From NCBI RefSeq assembly GCF_035594765.1, contig NC_085842.1, forward strand, positions 17,832,782 to 17,896,781: a stretch of 64,000 nt of DNA. The letters are read 5' to 3'. The DNA comes from Anolis carolinensis (lineage: Eukaryota). A model generated the notes under the pieces. It was not told where the DNA came from. It did no database searches and was given only the letters and a program-made list of their open reading frames with translations. The position numbers were made by a program, and so were the translations under genes. Shown here piece after piece: positions 38,284-50,407 of this stretch (positions within the stretch are counted from its first letter, which is position 1; the number at the start of each line of letters is the position of its first letter).

Positions 38284-39670
38284 TGTTGTGACTGCGCCTT
38301 CAGGGACTATGGATGATGGTGGTGGGATTAGGAGAGGAAGGAAAAACCCTCGCGAGGAGGGCTCATTGGAGGAGTTGCGCAGGAAAAGGATTAGAGAGCT
38401 CAATGGGGAATCTTCTGAGGAAGATTCAGATGGGGAGTTTGGGGAAGAAATGGATGCTGGTGAACAGGTTGTGGCTGAAGAAGTGGGCACGGAATGGGCA
38501 CAGCCACCGGAGATGTCTGGGGAATTGGGGCCTATGGATACTACTGAACCTTGGGTATCTTCAGGAGCAGATCCCTCTTGGACTGCTTGGAGAAGGGAAG
38601 ATGGTTCTTTAAGTGTGCATGGGGTTGAGTGTGGGCAGGATGATCCACGAGCTCTAGCTGTGTGGAGTTCTGACTCTGAGTAAGATCTGGGACACCTGCT
38701 GTTTGGGTGTGGGTGTTTGGACACCCAAGAGGAAGGGGAATAAATTGGGAATGTTTGGTCACTTCACTTTGCGTGTGGCAAGGTGTTGCTGAAGCGCCAT
38801 TGGGATTTCTGTTCGTTCAAGAAGACTGGACTGGGACTTTGCTTCTGATGTAAGTTATCTGGGTTGCTCTGCTGGAACTGTGTGGGTTTCCCTGGACTGC
38901 ACTCTGATTACTATTTCTAGCTGCTGTTGCCTTCGTTGCCTTGGCTCTTTGTGCCATTTCGTGGACCTGGTTTTGATGACTGCACCCTTTTGGACCCTGG
39001 ACTGGAACTCGACCTTGCTTCTGCCTTCGCCCTTTGATTGATGTCTACCCACGGCTCTTGACTACTGGCCTGCCCTCCTGACCCTGCTGCTGTCTCCTGT
39101 CCTGACCCTGGATCACCCTGACAATGCCTCTTCACCTTTTCCTAGAAGCTCCTGGCATTATCTGCATCTTTGAAGCAGTTTGCTGCGGTTCCAGTTTATT
39201 TGTCCTCAGACCAGTTTGGTGATTCTTTTGAGAACTGTCCCTTTAAATCCACAGAGCCGACTGTTTGCAACAGAAAGGCCTTGAACCCACAGTGCCTTTT
39301 GCACCGGCTCTAAGTTTGTTTTCCTTGGCTTTGTTTTCCTGTTTGGAGTTCCGGGTTTAAGCTACTAATTGTAGCTCTTGGAAGGTTTTTTGGAAGGTTC
39401 CAAGTCCTTGTTTGTTTTGTCTATTTTTATAAGCCAACTCAATTTGTTTTAGAAGCTGAATTGAAGCACCTTTTTAGTTTTATCTGAATATTTGCGTGGA
39501 TAATCCGGTTGGCTTGCTAAAACATACTTTTGATATATATTTTTGTTTGGACTGCTTTTAAACACTGATAGTTAAGTGTTTAAAGCTATCTTCTGTGTTT
39601 ATGTTTACTTTTTGGCCTATCTTCTGAATAAACTCTGTTTTGTTCGTTAATTGGCGTCTGACTCTTGACA
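38284..39670 (+). mobile_element. Solo LTR-like insertion (1387 bp)
   Basis: TG...CA ends, 5-bp TSD ATAGC (38279-38283, 39671-39675), AATAAA near 3' end; empty site gatccatagcctttc in paralogs. Confidence 0.8.
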
Positions 39671-39779
39671 ATAGCCTTTCTTGTAAATAAAAACCAAGAG
39701 ATTTTGAAACAAGAGACAAAAATCAACATAAGAACTAAAGTAAAATATTTGGAAATCCAGATGACAAACAGAAAACTAA

Positions 39780-40520
39780 TAATTTAAAAACAACTATGAA
39801 AAAGTATGGAAAGAGATACAAGAAGACCCACAAAGGTGGAAGAATTTAGGCCTATATCTATTGGTATGCATTTCAACAATCAAAATGAATGTAATCTCAA
39901 AAATATTATATTTATTTCAGAGAATACCAATTTTGTTAGAAGAAGCACTCTTTAAAGCCTGGAATAAAGAACCAACAAAATCCATTTGGAAAAACCCAGA
40001 ATAAAAATGAAAACTTAATGAGATGCAAAAGATAAGAGGAGGAATGGCATTACCATATAAGAGACTATACTATGATTCAGCAACTTGGACATGAATAAAG
40101 AGAGAATTTTTCTAAAAAAAAAAAAAAAAAAGACTACTTCCAGTAGAAGAGAGTGATCTCAAATATGGATCGCATGCATATCTAATTTATGATAAAATGA
40201 AATTGGACCCCATTGTTAAGAAACATCAAATAAGGAAACCATTGATGAGACTATGGAATAAATACAAAAGAATGTTTTACAATAAAAGACCTGCATTAAT
40301 AAAACCACAAGGGGCGTTTCCACAACTAAGAAAACCTAGGCGAAAATATCTATCTTATATACAACGACTAGATAAGGAACTCCTCAGAAATTAAAAGCAC
40401 GACAAGAGCGACAAAAAGAAGACTCAACAGTGACATGTTTTCATTATAATCAACTCCAACAGAGACTTCGTCTAGACAAAAAAAGGGAGACAAGAATCGG
40501 AGAATCAGTGGAACCAACGA
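39780..40520 (+). mobile_element. Old L1-like fragment (related sequence at ~56810-57400)
   Basis: A-rich, degenerate ORF2-like text; shared cagtgacatg...ggag block with unit E intron 1. Confidence 0.5.
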
Positions 40521-40716
40521 CTACAGACAAACGTGTTCTTTTCTGCTGTCGAGGACATTTGGAACTTCCAAAACATTAGACGATGTGTATAATAGTGCTT
40601 CGGTTGAAGATATACATGTAATAACAACAATAATTATAAGGCTTCGCTTACCCGCTCCATCCCCTTCCTCTTCCTCAGAGACACAGAAGACATTTATATA
40701 GTTCTAACCTACTAAT

Positions 40717-40983
40717 GGGGCCTCCGGTGGCCTAGGGGATAAAAGCCTTGAAGGTTGGGTTGCTGACCTGAAGGCTGCCCAGTTCGAATCCCACCTGGGG
40801 AGAGTGCGGATGAGCTCCCTCTATCAGCTCCAGCTCCATGCGGGGACATGAGAGAAGCCTCCCACAAGGATGGTAAAAACATCAAAACATGCGGGCGTCC
40901 CCTGGGCAACATCCTTGCAGACGGCCAATTCTCTCACTCCAGAAGCAACTCCGGTTGCTCCTGACACGAAAAAACAAAACAAA
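40717..40983 (+). mobile_element. Lizard tRNA-SINE (SINE2-type)
   Basis: A/B box head, tail TTGCTCCTGACACGAAAA, TSD aacctactaat. Confidence 0.85.
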
Positions 40984-41065
40984 AACCTACTAATCGGGAA
41001 GAAAGAGAAAAGGGATGGAGGGGGAAAGAGAAGCCTTATATTTGTTGTAGTTATTATTTGTATTG

Positions 41066-41420
41066 AGGGGCCCCTGGTGGCAAACTGTGTTAAAGCACTG
41101 AGCTGCTGAACTTGCAGACTGAAAGGTTCCAGGTTCAAACCCCGGGAGCAGCATGAGCGCCCGCTGTTAGCTCCAGCTTCTGCCAACCTAGCAGTTCGAA
41201 AACATGCCAATGTGAGTAGATCAATAGGTACCGCTCTGGCGGGAAGGTAACGGTGCTCCATGCAGTCATGGCGGCCACATGACCTTGGAGGTGTGTACGG
41301 ACAACGCCGGCGGAGGTGTGTACGGACAACGCCGGCTCTTTGGGTTAGAAATGGAGATGAGCACCAACCCCCTGAGTGGGTCACGAGTGGACTTAACGTC
41401 AGGGGAAACCTTTACCTTTT
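41066..41420 (+). mobile_element. Full-length Sauria SINE with internal 25-bp duplication
   Basis: GGGGCCCCTGGTGGC head, ACCTTT tail; ggaggtgtgtacggacaacgccggc twice. Confidence 0.88.
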
Positions 41421-41910
41421 TTAACCTACTAATCAGAGCTCTGTAATCCTCGTCCCCTTCTTTGTTCTCCTTTTTTCCTTTGTAAGAAAAACATTTTTTT
41501 CCCTTTGAAATGCATAATAAAAACTTAAGGGGGGGGGGGGGGAGAGGACTCAGGCAGGCAGGGGAATGGATTGACAGGGGAAAGTGACAGAAGTGACAGC
41601 CTCTCAGTCAGTTGTGAGGACCCCCAATCCCACCTGCATCAGGCCCGCTTTTCTCCATGGCGAACGTGACTCCAGGCCATGCTCCATCTCCTTGGAAGGA
41701 GGAGAGCTTGAAGAGTTGTTGTTTCCTATGTTCTGGGTGAGTGTGTTAGAAGGCCTACCTGTGAGAGAAACAGGCCTGGTCCAACTTCGTCCCTCCCTCC
41801 CGGTGTTGTGGGCCTCAGCCCCTCTTCGGCCCTTTGGAGAAGAATGTCTGGGAACAAGACTCACCAGAAGGAGAGAGAGGCCAAAAGGAACAAATTCCCC
41901 TCACGCAGCC

Positions 41911-42036
41911 GGACAAGGAAGGGTTAAGGGGAGTGAGTTTGGTTCCTAGAGGGACAGAAAAAGCGGGTCTAAGGAGGCCCACTTCCTTCCTGCCTCTCTG
42001 GGAAGCAAACTCCCTCCCCTTAACCCTTCCTTGCCC
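41911..42036. promoter_or_regulatory. Unit D 5' inverted-repeat/ETS block
   Basis: paralog of 1661-1786; GTGAGTC donor near 41864. Confidence 0.5.
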
Positions 42037-42113
42037 AACGTTACTCTATAAGGAGGGGGAAAGAGCATCTCTCAAAAGCCCTGGAACCAAAGGACTCAGG
42101 ATAATGGCACAGG

Positions 42114-42888
42114 TCATAGAATCATAGAATCATAGAATAGTAGAGTTGGAAGAGACCTCAAGGGCCATCTAGTCCAACCCCCCGCTAAGAAGCAGGAAAT
42201 CGCATTCAAAGCACCCCCGACAGATGGCCATCCAGCCTCTGCTTAAAAGCCTCCAAAGAAGGAGCCTCCACCACGGCCCGGGGGAGAGAGTTCCACTGCC
42301 GAACAGCCCTCACAGTGAGGAAGTTCTTCCTGATGTTCAGGTGGAATCTCCTTTCCTGTAGTTTGAAGCCATTGTTCCGTGTCCTAGTCTGCAGGGCAGC
42401 AGAAAATAAGCTTGCTCCCTCCTCCCTATGACTTCCCCTCACATATTTGTACATGGCTATCATGTCTCCTCTCAGCCTTCTCTTCTGCAGGCTAAACATG
42501 CCCAGCTCTTTAAGCCTCTCCTCATAGGGCTTGTTCTCCAGACCCTTAATCATTTTAGTTGCCCTCCTCTGGACGCTTTCCAGCTTGTCAGCATCTCCCT
42601 TCATCTGCGGTGCCCAAAACTGGACACAGTATTCCAGGTGTGGTCTGACCAAGGCAGAATAGAGGGGGAGCATGACTTCCCTGGATCTAGACGTTATTCC
42701 CCTATTGATGCAGGCCAAAATCCCATTGGCTTTTTTAGCTGCCGCATCACATTGTAGGCTCATGTTTAACTTGTTGTCCACGAGGACTCCAAGATCTTTT
42801 TCGCACACACTGCTGTCAAGCCAGGCGTCCCCCATTCTGTATCTTTGATTTCCATTTTTTCTGCCGAAGTGAAGTATCTTGCATTTGT
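42114..42888 (-). mobile_element. Young CR1 LINE 3' fragment
   Basis: uninterrupted 209-aa ORF2 C-terminus ([17 protein letters not shown]); (ATTCTATG)n tail. Confidence 0.92.
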
Positions 42889-43164
42889 ATGGTCATGGTA
42901 TGGTCATGGAAGAAAGTTTCCGTATTCATAGGATGGTTAGTTAGATGTATTATCTCCCTGTCAAACCATTGCTCCCAACCCCACTGAACATTAAAGGGAA
43001 CCTTCTCTGTGGTGGCCCCCCAGCTCTGGAACTTGGCATTATTTAGCCTAAAAATTTGGCTCTTCCATCAGGCTTTTGGAGAGTGAATTACCCATCTCCA
43101 TGATAGGCCTTGTATCTACAACAATTTTCTCATTTGTTGTACTTTATCTTACCCTATCAGTGTA

Positions 43165-43307
43165 ACGGCGCTCCATGCAGTCATGCCAGCCACATTACCT
43201 TGGAGGTGTCTACGGCCGGCTCTTTGGCTTAGAAATGGAGATGAGCACCAACCCCCAGACTCAGACATGACTGGACTTAACGTCAGGGGAAAACCTTTAC
43301 CTTTACC
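43165..43307 (+). mobile_element. Truncated Sauria SINE
   Basis: direct repeat cctatcagtgta on both sides. Confidence 0.8.
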
Positions 43308-43500
43308 TATCAGTGTATTATAGTAACATCCCACCCCAAGTTGCTCCCCTTAATCATCTATCTTGTTTACAATATTCACTCACTGCACTTCACCCAGTTC
43401 GTTTTATTCTATCTACTTGGGTGCCAAATCCATGTTTTTAGTATGATTGTCTTATATATATATTCTGTATATATATTATTATGTTTAGATTATATATATA

Positions 43501-43823
43501 CAGTAGACTCTCACTTATCCAAGCTAAACGGGCCGGCAGAAGCTTGGATAAGCGAATATCTTGGATAATAAGGAGGAATTAAGAAAAAGCCTATTAAACA
43601 TCAAATTAGGTTATGATTTTACAAATAAAGCGCCAAAGCACCATGTTATACAACAAAATTGACAGAAAAAGTAGTTCAATACGCAGTAATGTTATGTTGT
43701 AATTACTGTATTTACGAATTTAGCACCAAAATATCATGTTATATTGAAAACATTGACTACAAAAATGGCTTGGATTATCCAGAAGCTTGGATAAGCGAGG
43801 CTTGGAAAAGTGAGACTCTACTG
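43501..43823. mobile_element. Tigger-like MITE family 1
   Basis: TIRs. Confidence 0.85.
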
Positions 43824-43894
43824 TGTGTATATATGTATGTATGCATGTATGTATGTGTATGTATATATATATATGAAGACAATTATGTTTAGAG

Positions 43895-44160
43895 GAGACT
43901 CTGGTGGCCTAGGGGATAAAAGCCTCGTGACTTGAAGGTTGGGTTGCTGACCTGAAGCCTGCCAGGTTTGAATCCCACCCGGGGAGAGCGCGGATGAGCT
44001 CCCTCTATCAGCTCCAGCTCCATGTGGGGACATGAGAGAAGCCTCTCACAAGGATGGTAAAAACATCAAAACATCCAGGTGTCCCCTGGGCAACGTCCTT
44101 GCAGACGGCCAATTCTCTCACTCCAGAAACAACTCCAGTTGCTCCTGACACGAAAAAAAA
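43895..44160 (+). mobile_element. Lizard tRNA-SINE (SINE2-type)
   Basis: TSD atgtttagag; A tail. Confidence 0.85.
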
Positions 44161-44311
44161 ATGTTTAGAGTGCTAATTTAATTTTGGTCTGTTTTTTCTG
44201 ATGTTATTTTATTTTGGTTTGCTGTTTTATCCTGGCTTGGTCCCATGTAAGCTGCCCCGAGTCACTTCGGGGAGAGAAGAGGCAGGGTATAAAAATAAAA
44301 TATTATTATTA

Positions 44312-44615
44312 CAGTAGAGTCTCACTTATCCAACATTCTGTATTATCCAACGCATTTTTGTAGTCAATGTTTTCAATGCATTGTGATATTTTGGTGCTAA
44401 ATTCGTAAATACAGTAATTACTACATAGCATTAATGTGTAACGAACTACTTTTTCTGTCAATTTTGTTGTCTAACATGATGTTTTGGTGCTTAATTTGTA
44501 AAATCATAACCTATTTTGATGTTTAATAGGCTTTTTCTTAATCTCTCCTTATTATCCAACATATTTGCTTATCCAACGTTCTGCTGGCCTGTTTATGTTG
44601 GATGAGACTCTACTG
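44312..44615. mobile_element. Tigger-like MITE family 1 (opposite orientation)
   Basis: TIRs, TA flanks. Confidence 0.85.
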
Positions 44616-44646
<31 letters not shown>

Positions 44647-45797
44647 CAGTCAGTCCAGGGAGCAGAGCAGAGCAGATCATCCATCTACAACAGAAAGAGA
44701 ACGTCTCACCCAGGGGCAATTCTGACTGCTCTCTTTTCCCAAGGAGGAGGAACACATACTTGGGTGGGGGATACAACAAAAGCACCCAACACAAGCAGGC
44801 TCTTCCTTGTCAACGGCCTTAGAGAAATCACCTGCTGCAATAGCTTTTCTCCAAAGCACCCTTCTGCTAAGGCAGGGGAATCTGAATTCAGTTTGGTTAG
44901 AAGGATTTCACTGATTTTCACATTTCAGTCTTGCAGATGACTACAAAGGAGGGGCAAATATAGTGGAGTAAGTAGATATACCCATCCAGGGCCGGCCCTA
45001 GGTAATTTTCAAGTGTAAGCAAACAGTATTTTGCCCCCTCCCAAAAAAAACAATCACTAAAAAATAAAAGGTAGGTGAACATAATAGACAAAAGAGTAAC
45101 CTTACAAACTAGAAATTTATTTACATCAGTATGTTCATATAGTTATATTACATAGAATTAACATAAATTAACCTTTTTTAGAATGCAAATATTTTATCAA
45201 ACTTATTTTATTTATTTATTTACAGCATTTTTACACCCCCCCTTCTCACCCGAGGAGACTCAAAGAGGCAAAAAAATCTGGCAAAATTCAATGCCAATAA
45301 CAAGTTCAAAAATAAAGCATAACACATTTAAAATAATGAAACATTACTTAATAGAACAGTATACAAAACTTAAAACATAAATATTTAAATCCATTCATCC
45401 ATGGACCTTGCATGTAAACTTTAATTCAGGCCGTGTCGAGTCACAGAACTCATTCATTAAATGCTTTAAAATATGGAACGCTTCACGAATTAGCAACAAT
45501 TTTAAGTTCCTGGTCATGCTGTCTCGTCAGATTTCTCAGACTTTGGGCTTACTAATAACAGACAACTAAATTGCATGCTTGTTGCGTCTGTCAATCAGTT
45601 TTGTTTTAGAGAATGCAGCCCCATGAGAATAGACACCTTCTTTGTAAGGAAGCAAACTCTTGTCCTTCAGAAGTGCCATGCCAGCCTGGCCCATGGCAAT
45701 AGGTGTGGCAACATAGCTAGCCTCTGGCCTCTTCACTTGAGTGGATATTTTAACATCCCGTGTGTCTTAACACAAATTAACTTGAACACCTTTAAAA

Positions 45798-48125
45798 TTA
45801 AAAAAAGATTTTTCTAGCTTTCCGTTTTGAAAACTCGCGCACTAGTAAGTCTGTTTCCATTTCATCCAACAAGTCTTTTTCAATGGCCAAGGTTGCTAGT
45901 TCACTCACGCGCTCTTGGCCCGAAGATGATCTTAAGTAGTTCCTTATACATTTTAATTTTGAAAAACTCATTTCATCGCTGGCCATTGATACTGGAAGCG
46001 TTAACAGAATTCTCAATGCAATATAAACATTTGGGAAAGTATCTACATAACCACGTTTGGTTAGGAAAGACAAGGCTTCAGCTGGGTTGCTTCCAGGGGG
46101 CAGCATAGGTGCAAATATTTGTAGCTCATCAAACAGATCATCACCGTTCACATCGCAGTCTTCTCCATCGCTCAAAACGGTTTGAAGATGTTGACAGTCA
46201 TTCTTCAATTCTGTTTCATTCAAACTTTTCCCAAGCTTTGAAATATCATACAGAAATTTGAAACTTTCGCTATGGTTTTCCATTAGCTCACATCTCTCCT
46301 TTAATGAGGATATTGCTGTGTCAAGCACAACAAAGAAGAAGTTGACTTTAAAAGATTCTTTATCAGAATGTACAGCTTCATCTTCACTCTCACTGGAATG
46401 TGCAGCATCACCTTCACTCTCATTGGAATGTGCAGCTTCATCTTCACTCTCACTTGAATGTGCAGCTTCATCTTCACTCTCATTGTTTACTTCTCTTGGT
46501 CGAACTAGCGTTTCTTTTTCAAAGTCAGCAGCAACATCAATTTTTTCTGCAAGTTCCTTTGCATCCTTAATGACGCTATTTAGACCTTCATCAGATCTCA
46601 TCTTTTCTAGAAATGATTGTACACTCTTAATAAGATTCATAGAACTTTGAAGATTATTTGTGACTTTTTGCAACCGTTTACTCACCATATTTATCTTATG
46701 CAGGATCTCATGCCATGTCACTAAACAGCATAGAAACTTGAAGCTTTTCAGTTTCTTTAGAAGCGTGATAGCAGTGTTCCTACCAAATGCACCAAATTTC
46801 TGCTCTTGAGAAGCTTCATATAAGGCATCATATACTTCTTCAATGTGGAACCTCAAAGGCAACAATGCCTCGATTTTACTTTCCCACCTAATAATGCAGA
46901 GTGGTCTGACTTTGAGAACTGAAACATGCTTTGACAAAATACTCCATCTTTCAGTAGAACTTGAAAAAAAGTTAAAGATTTCTTGTATGGTGCTGAAACA
47001 GTCTACTGCAACGCTGCAAGACAGAGCTGCATCATTTAAGACCAAGTTCAGGGAGTGGTTTCCACATGGTACATAAAAGGCTCTCGGATTTAACTCAAGG
47101 ATCCTCTTCTGAACTCCAGAATGCTTTCCCTTCATTGCAGAAGCATTGTCATAGCCCTGGCCTCTCATGGTTTTTAAAGGAATGCCTCGTGTTTCTAACT
47201 CTTTGAGTAAAATTTCTGTGAGGCCTTCACCTGAAGAATGGGTAACAGGAACAAAGCCTAAAAAATGTTCCTTAACTGAGACATCTTCATTTGCTTCAAT
47301 TTTTACGAATTTTACCACCAACGTCATTTGTTCGGTGTGGCTAACATCGGGAATGCAGTCTAATCTAATCGAATAATATTTTGCCTGGTGTAGTTGTTGT
47401 AAAATATTACCCTGGATCTTGGCCGACAAGAAACTAACAAACTCGTTCTGGACATTTTTGCTCAAATAGTGAACGTGTGTTTCTTTGGAAGCGATTCTTC
47501 TCAGATGTTCGGCCATAAAAGCATCAAACTTTGCTATATGTTCTACCATTTTTAAAAAGTTGCCATTATTACGTTCAAATAGAGCCTCTTTATTCCCTCG
47601 AAATGCCAATCCTTGAGTCCCCAAAAACTGTACTACACATAGTAAGCGTTTCAGAACTTGATGCCAATGTCCAGATTCAGCATGAACAAGCCTTTCATGT
47701 TCTGCATCAATAGTTTTGTTTAAACATAAACGTGCAGAGAGTTCATGCCAAGATGTACAGTTTGTAATATGAGTATGGGATTTCTCATGACTGGTCAAAA
47801 CCTTGCCCAAGTTCTGCCAGTCAGAATACCCTTTGCTACTAGCAAGAAGAGAATTAGCATTTCCAAAAACTTTGCAAGCAAAACAAAAAACTGCATTTTT
47901 CAATTTAGAATATAGTAGCCAAATCCTGTCGACTTGCTCTCCGTTGCGCAGTTTCCTTGTATAGTGTTTTGAGGTAAATCTCCTACCCCTACTGTCCCGA
48001 GGAAAATCTTTGTCAGTGACTTGCTGAGGTCCTCGTTTCACAAGTATTTTCCGTACCTCATCATTTATTTTAGATGGCCACTCTCCACAATCATCTGAAA
48101 TCGATAATGGGTCTCTGCTTAGTTC
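45798..48125 (-). CDS. hAT transposase main exon (TTF-type zinc finger, DUF4371-like region, DDE core, hAT dimerisation region); last exon of predicted SCAN-KRAB-transposase fusion
   Basis: 775 open codons from tttttttttcag| acceptor; WLLYS..NAVFCFACKVF, LAFRG, NGNFL, SIRLDCIPDVSHTEQ, GQGYDNASAM, CGNHSLNL, RWE, PVSMASDEMSFSKLK. Confidence 0.92.
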   Translation of the reverse strand, partial: ELSRDPLSISDDCGEWPSKINDEVRKILVKRGPQQVTDKDFPRDSRGRRFTSKHYTRKLRNGEQVDRIWLLYSKLKNAVFCFACKVFGNANSLLASSKGYSDWQNLGKVLTSHEKSHTHITNCTSWHELSARLCLNKTIDAEHERLVHAESGHWHQVLKRLLCVVQFLGTQGLAFRGNKEALFERNNGNFLKMVEHIAKFDAFMAEHLRRIASKETHVHYLSKNVQNEFVSFLSAKIQGNILQQLHQAKYYSIRLDCIPDVSHTEQMTLVVKFVKIEANEDVSVKEHFLGFVPVTHSSGEGLTEILLKELETRGIPLKTMRGQGYDNASAMKGKHSGVQKRILELNPRAFYVPCGNHSLNLVLNDAALSCSVAVDCFSTIQEIFNFFSSSTERWSILSKHVSVLKVRPLCIIRWESKIEALLPLRFHIEEVYDALYEASQEQKFGAFGRNTAITLLKKLKSFKFLCCLVTWHEILHKINMVSKRLQKVTNNLQSSMNLIKSVQSFLEKMRSDEGLNSVIKDAKELAEKIDVAADFEKETLVRPREVNNESEDEAAHSSESEDEAAHSNESEGDAAHSSESEDEAVHSDKESFKVNFFFVVLDTAISSLKERCELMENHSESFKFLYDISKLGKSLNETELKNDCQHLQTVLSDGEDCDVNGDDLFDELQIFAPMLPPGSNPAEALSFLTKRGYVDTFPNVYIALRILLTLPVSMASDEMSFSKLKCIRNYLRSSSGQERVSELATLAIEKDLLDEMETDLLVREFSKRKARKIFF
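46366..46485 (-). repeat. 30-bp coding tandem repeat x4 (ESEDEAAHSS)
   Basis: gaatgtgcagcttcatcttcactctca units, frame preserved. Confidence 0.9.
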
Positions 48126-48562
48126 CTGAAAAAAAAATAATATGTAGTGTATGTTAACTTTTAAAAGATTTCAAAGGTTTAATGCAGTGCAGTATCAATA
48201 CCTATAATACCTTATTATGAAATCTTTAATTAAAAATGGAAATAAAATAAACCTTGTGACAGTGGCCAATCGGAAAGGTAGATTTTGCATATTAATTATA
48301 AATGTAAACCATGATAAACACAAATTATTTTATAAAATTATGGTGGCAGTTCTGAACAGATTTACTGAATGTATATGTTAATAAAATCTACCTAAAAATA
48401 GCTCTGAGATATTTTATAATAAAGAATTCTGGAAAAGTGCCCTTTTCATCCTCCACCTCCATTCCTCCCTCCTCTCAACAAGAGCTAAACAAACTGGACA
48501 GGCCTAGGCCAATTATATTTTCCTAATATGTGTACTAATAAGATAAAATTAAATCTACTTAC

Positions 48563-48912
48563 AGTTTCAATGGTTTGCGGACTAGATGGCAGGACTGCAT
48601 CTCCTAATAAATCATCATCCACATCTTCGGTATCGGTCCCAGTTAGGTCAATAATGGAAGGTGCTAATGGTGTTGCTGTGGTCACTGTAAGATGGTCTTG
48701 ACTTGCTGGTGGTCCAGGTGGAAGATCAGATATTGGTATCTTGTCGTTATCGTCATGAGCTGATTCAGTCAATTTAGTTGGCTCTGTGTTTCTTGTTGCA
48801 CATGATGGTGAGGTGGTTTGCAATGCTTTAGATTGATTCTCATCTTCTTTGCAATGCTGCAACTTCCTTTTACGATGAAATGCTCCTGATGGCTTTCCTT
48901 GCTGGACATTTT
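48563..48912 (-). CDS. hAT transposase N-terminal exon (350 nt, phase 1 to 0)
   Basis: tttttttaacag| acceptor, act|gtaagt donor; KPSGAFHRKRK basic motif typical of N-termini of this transposase group; in frame with 48125 exon. Confidence 0.75.
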
Positions 48913-49476
48913 CTGTTAAAAAAACCCAACTCATCATATAAGGAAGGGAGATGCCACAGAACAGCTTTCAGCTTACAACAACACAGCAGAGATACAGCCT
49001 GCAGCTCCATCCAAGTACTAACTATGGCTGATTCTGCGTAGCTTCCAAAATCAGATGGGAGTTGGTACTTTTAGGGTATTTAGGTCCCAAGATGTATATA
49101 TCAGCCCTCTTTTACCAAGAGTAAAAGAAATACAAATTAAAACTTTGGAAAACAAGAGTGAATACAAAGAAACACTAATTAGCGGGGGGGGGGGACAATT
49201 AACATTAATAATAATGATACCCCCAGCTGTCCATCATTCAGGCAGCTCCGCCCCCTTCCCTTCCCAGCTGAGCGCTCTTGAGCCCAGTGGCGATGGCCAG
49301 GCCTCAGTGCTGAACGAGAATGGCTCTCTCTACCTGGGCCAGCTGAGCACCCCCCCCCCCCCCCCAAGTTGCTGGAAGCCAAAGGAATCACACGTGTTCA
49401 TTGAGAAATGTTAAATGTATCATCTATAGCACCAACATGTCCACAACCTGCAATTCCTCTGTTGTAATTTATTTTA

Positions 49477-50407
<931 letters not shown>

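Larger units (their letters stand above)
44987..49345 (-). mobile_element. hAT DNA transposon (ZMYM1-like transposase); one clear terminus only
   Basis: CAGGGCCGGCCCTAG terminus at 44987 where homology with the paralogous flank (15970-15983) breaks; other end only weakly similar near 49333-49345, so right boundary is approximate. Confidence 0.7.

Noticed and set aside
38062-38724. 220-aa minus and 131-aa plus ORFs
   Set aside because: Low complexity, mostly within the LTR-like insertion, crossing its boundary; no recognisable domain
40717-40800. tRNA-like A/B boxes
   Set aside because: Heads of tRNA-derived SINEs, not tRNA genes
45798-48041. Calling the ORF a true ZMYM1 orthologue
   Set aside because: No MYM fingers; it lies inside a transposon terminus, so it is a ZMYM1-like hAT transposase and no gene symbol is given
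49333-49345. Possible right TIR of the hAT (cctgggccagctg)
   Set aside because: Only partial match to the reverse complement of CAGGGCCGGCCCTAG and not followed by the expected tacccatc TSD; used only as an approximate boundary
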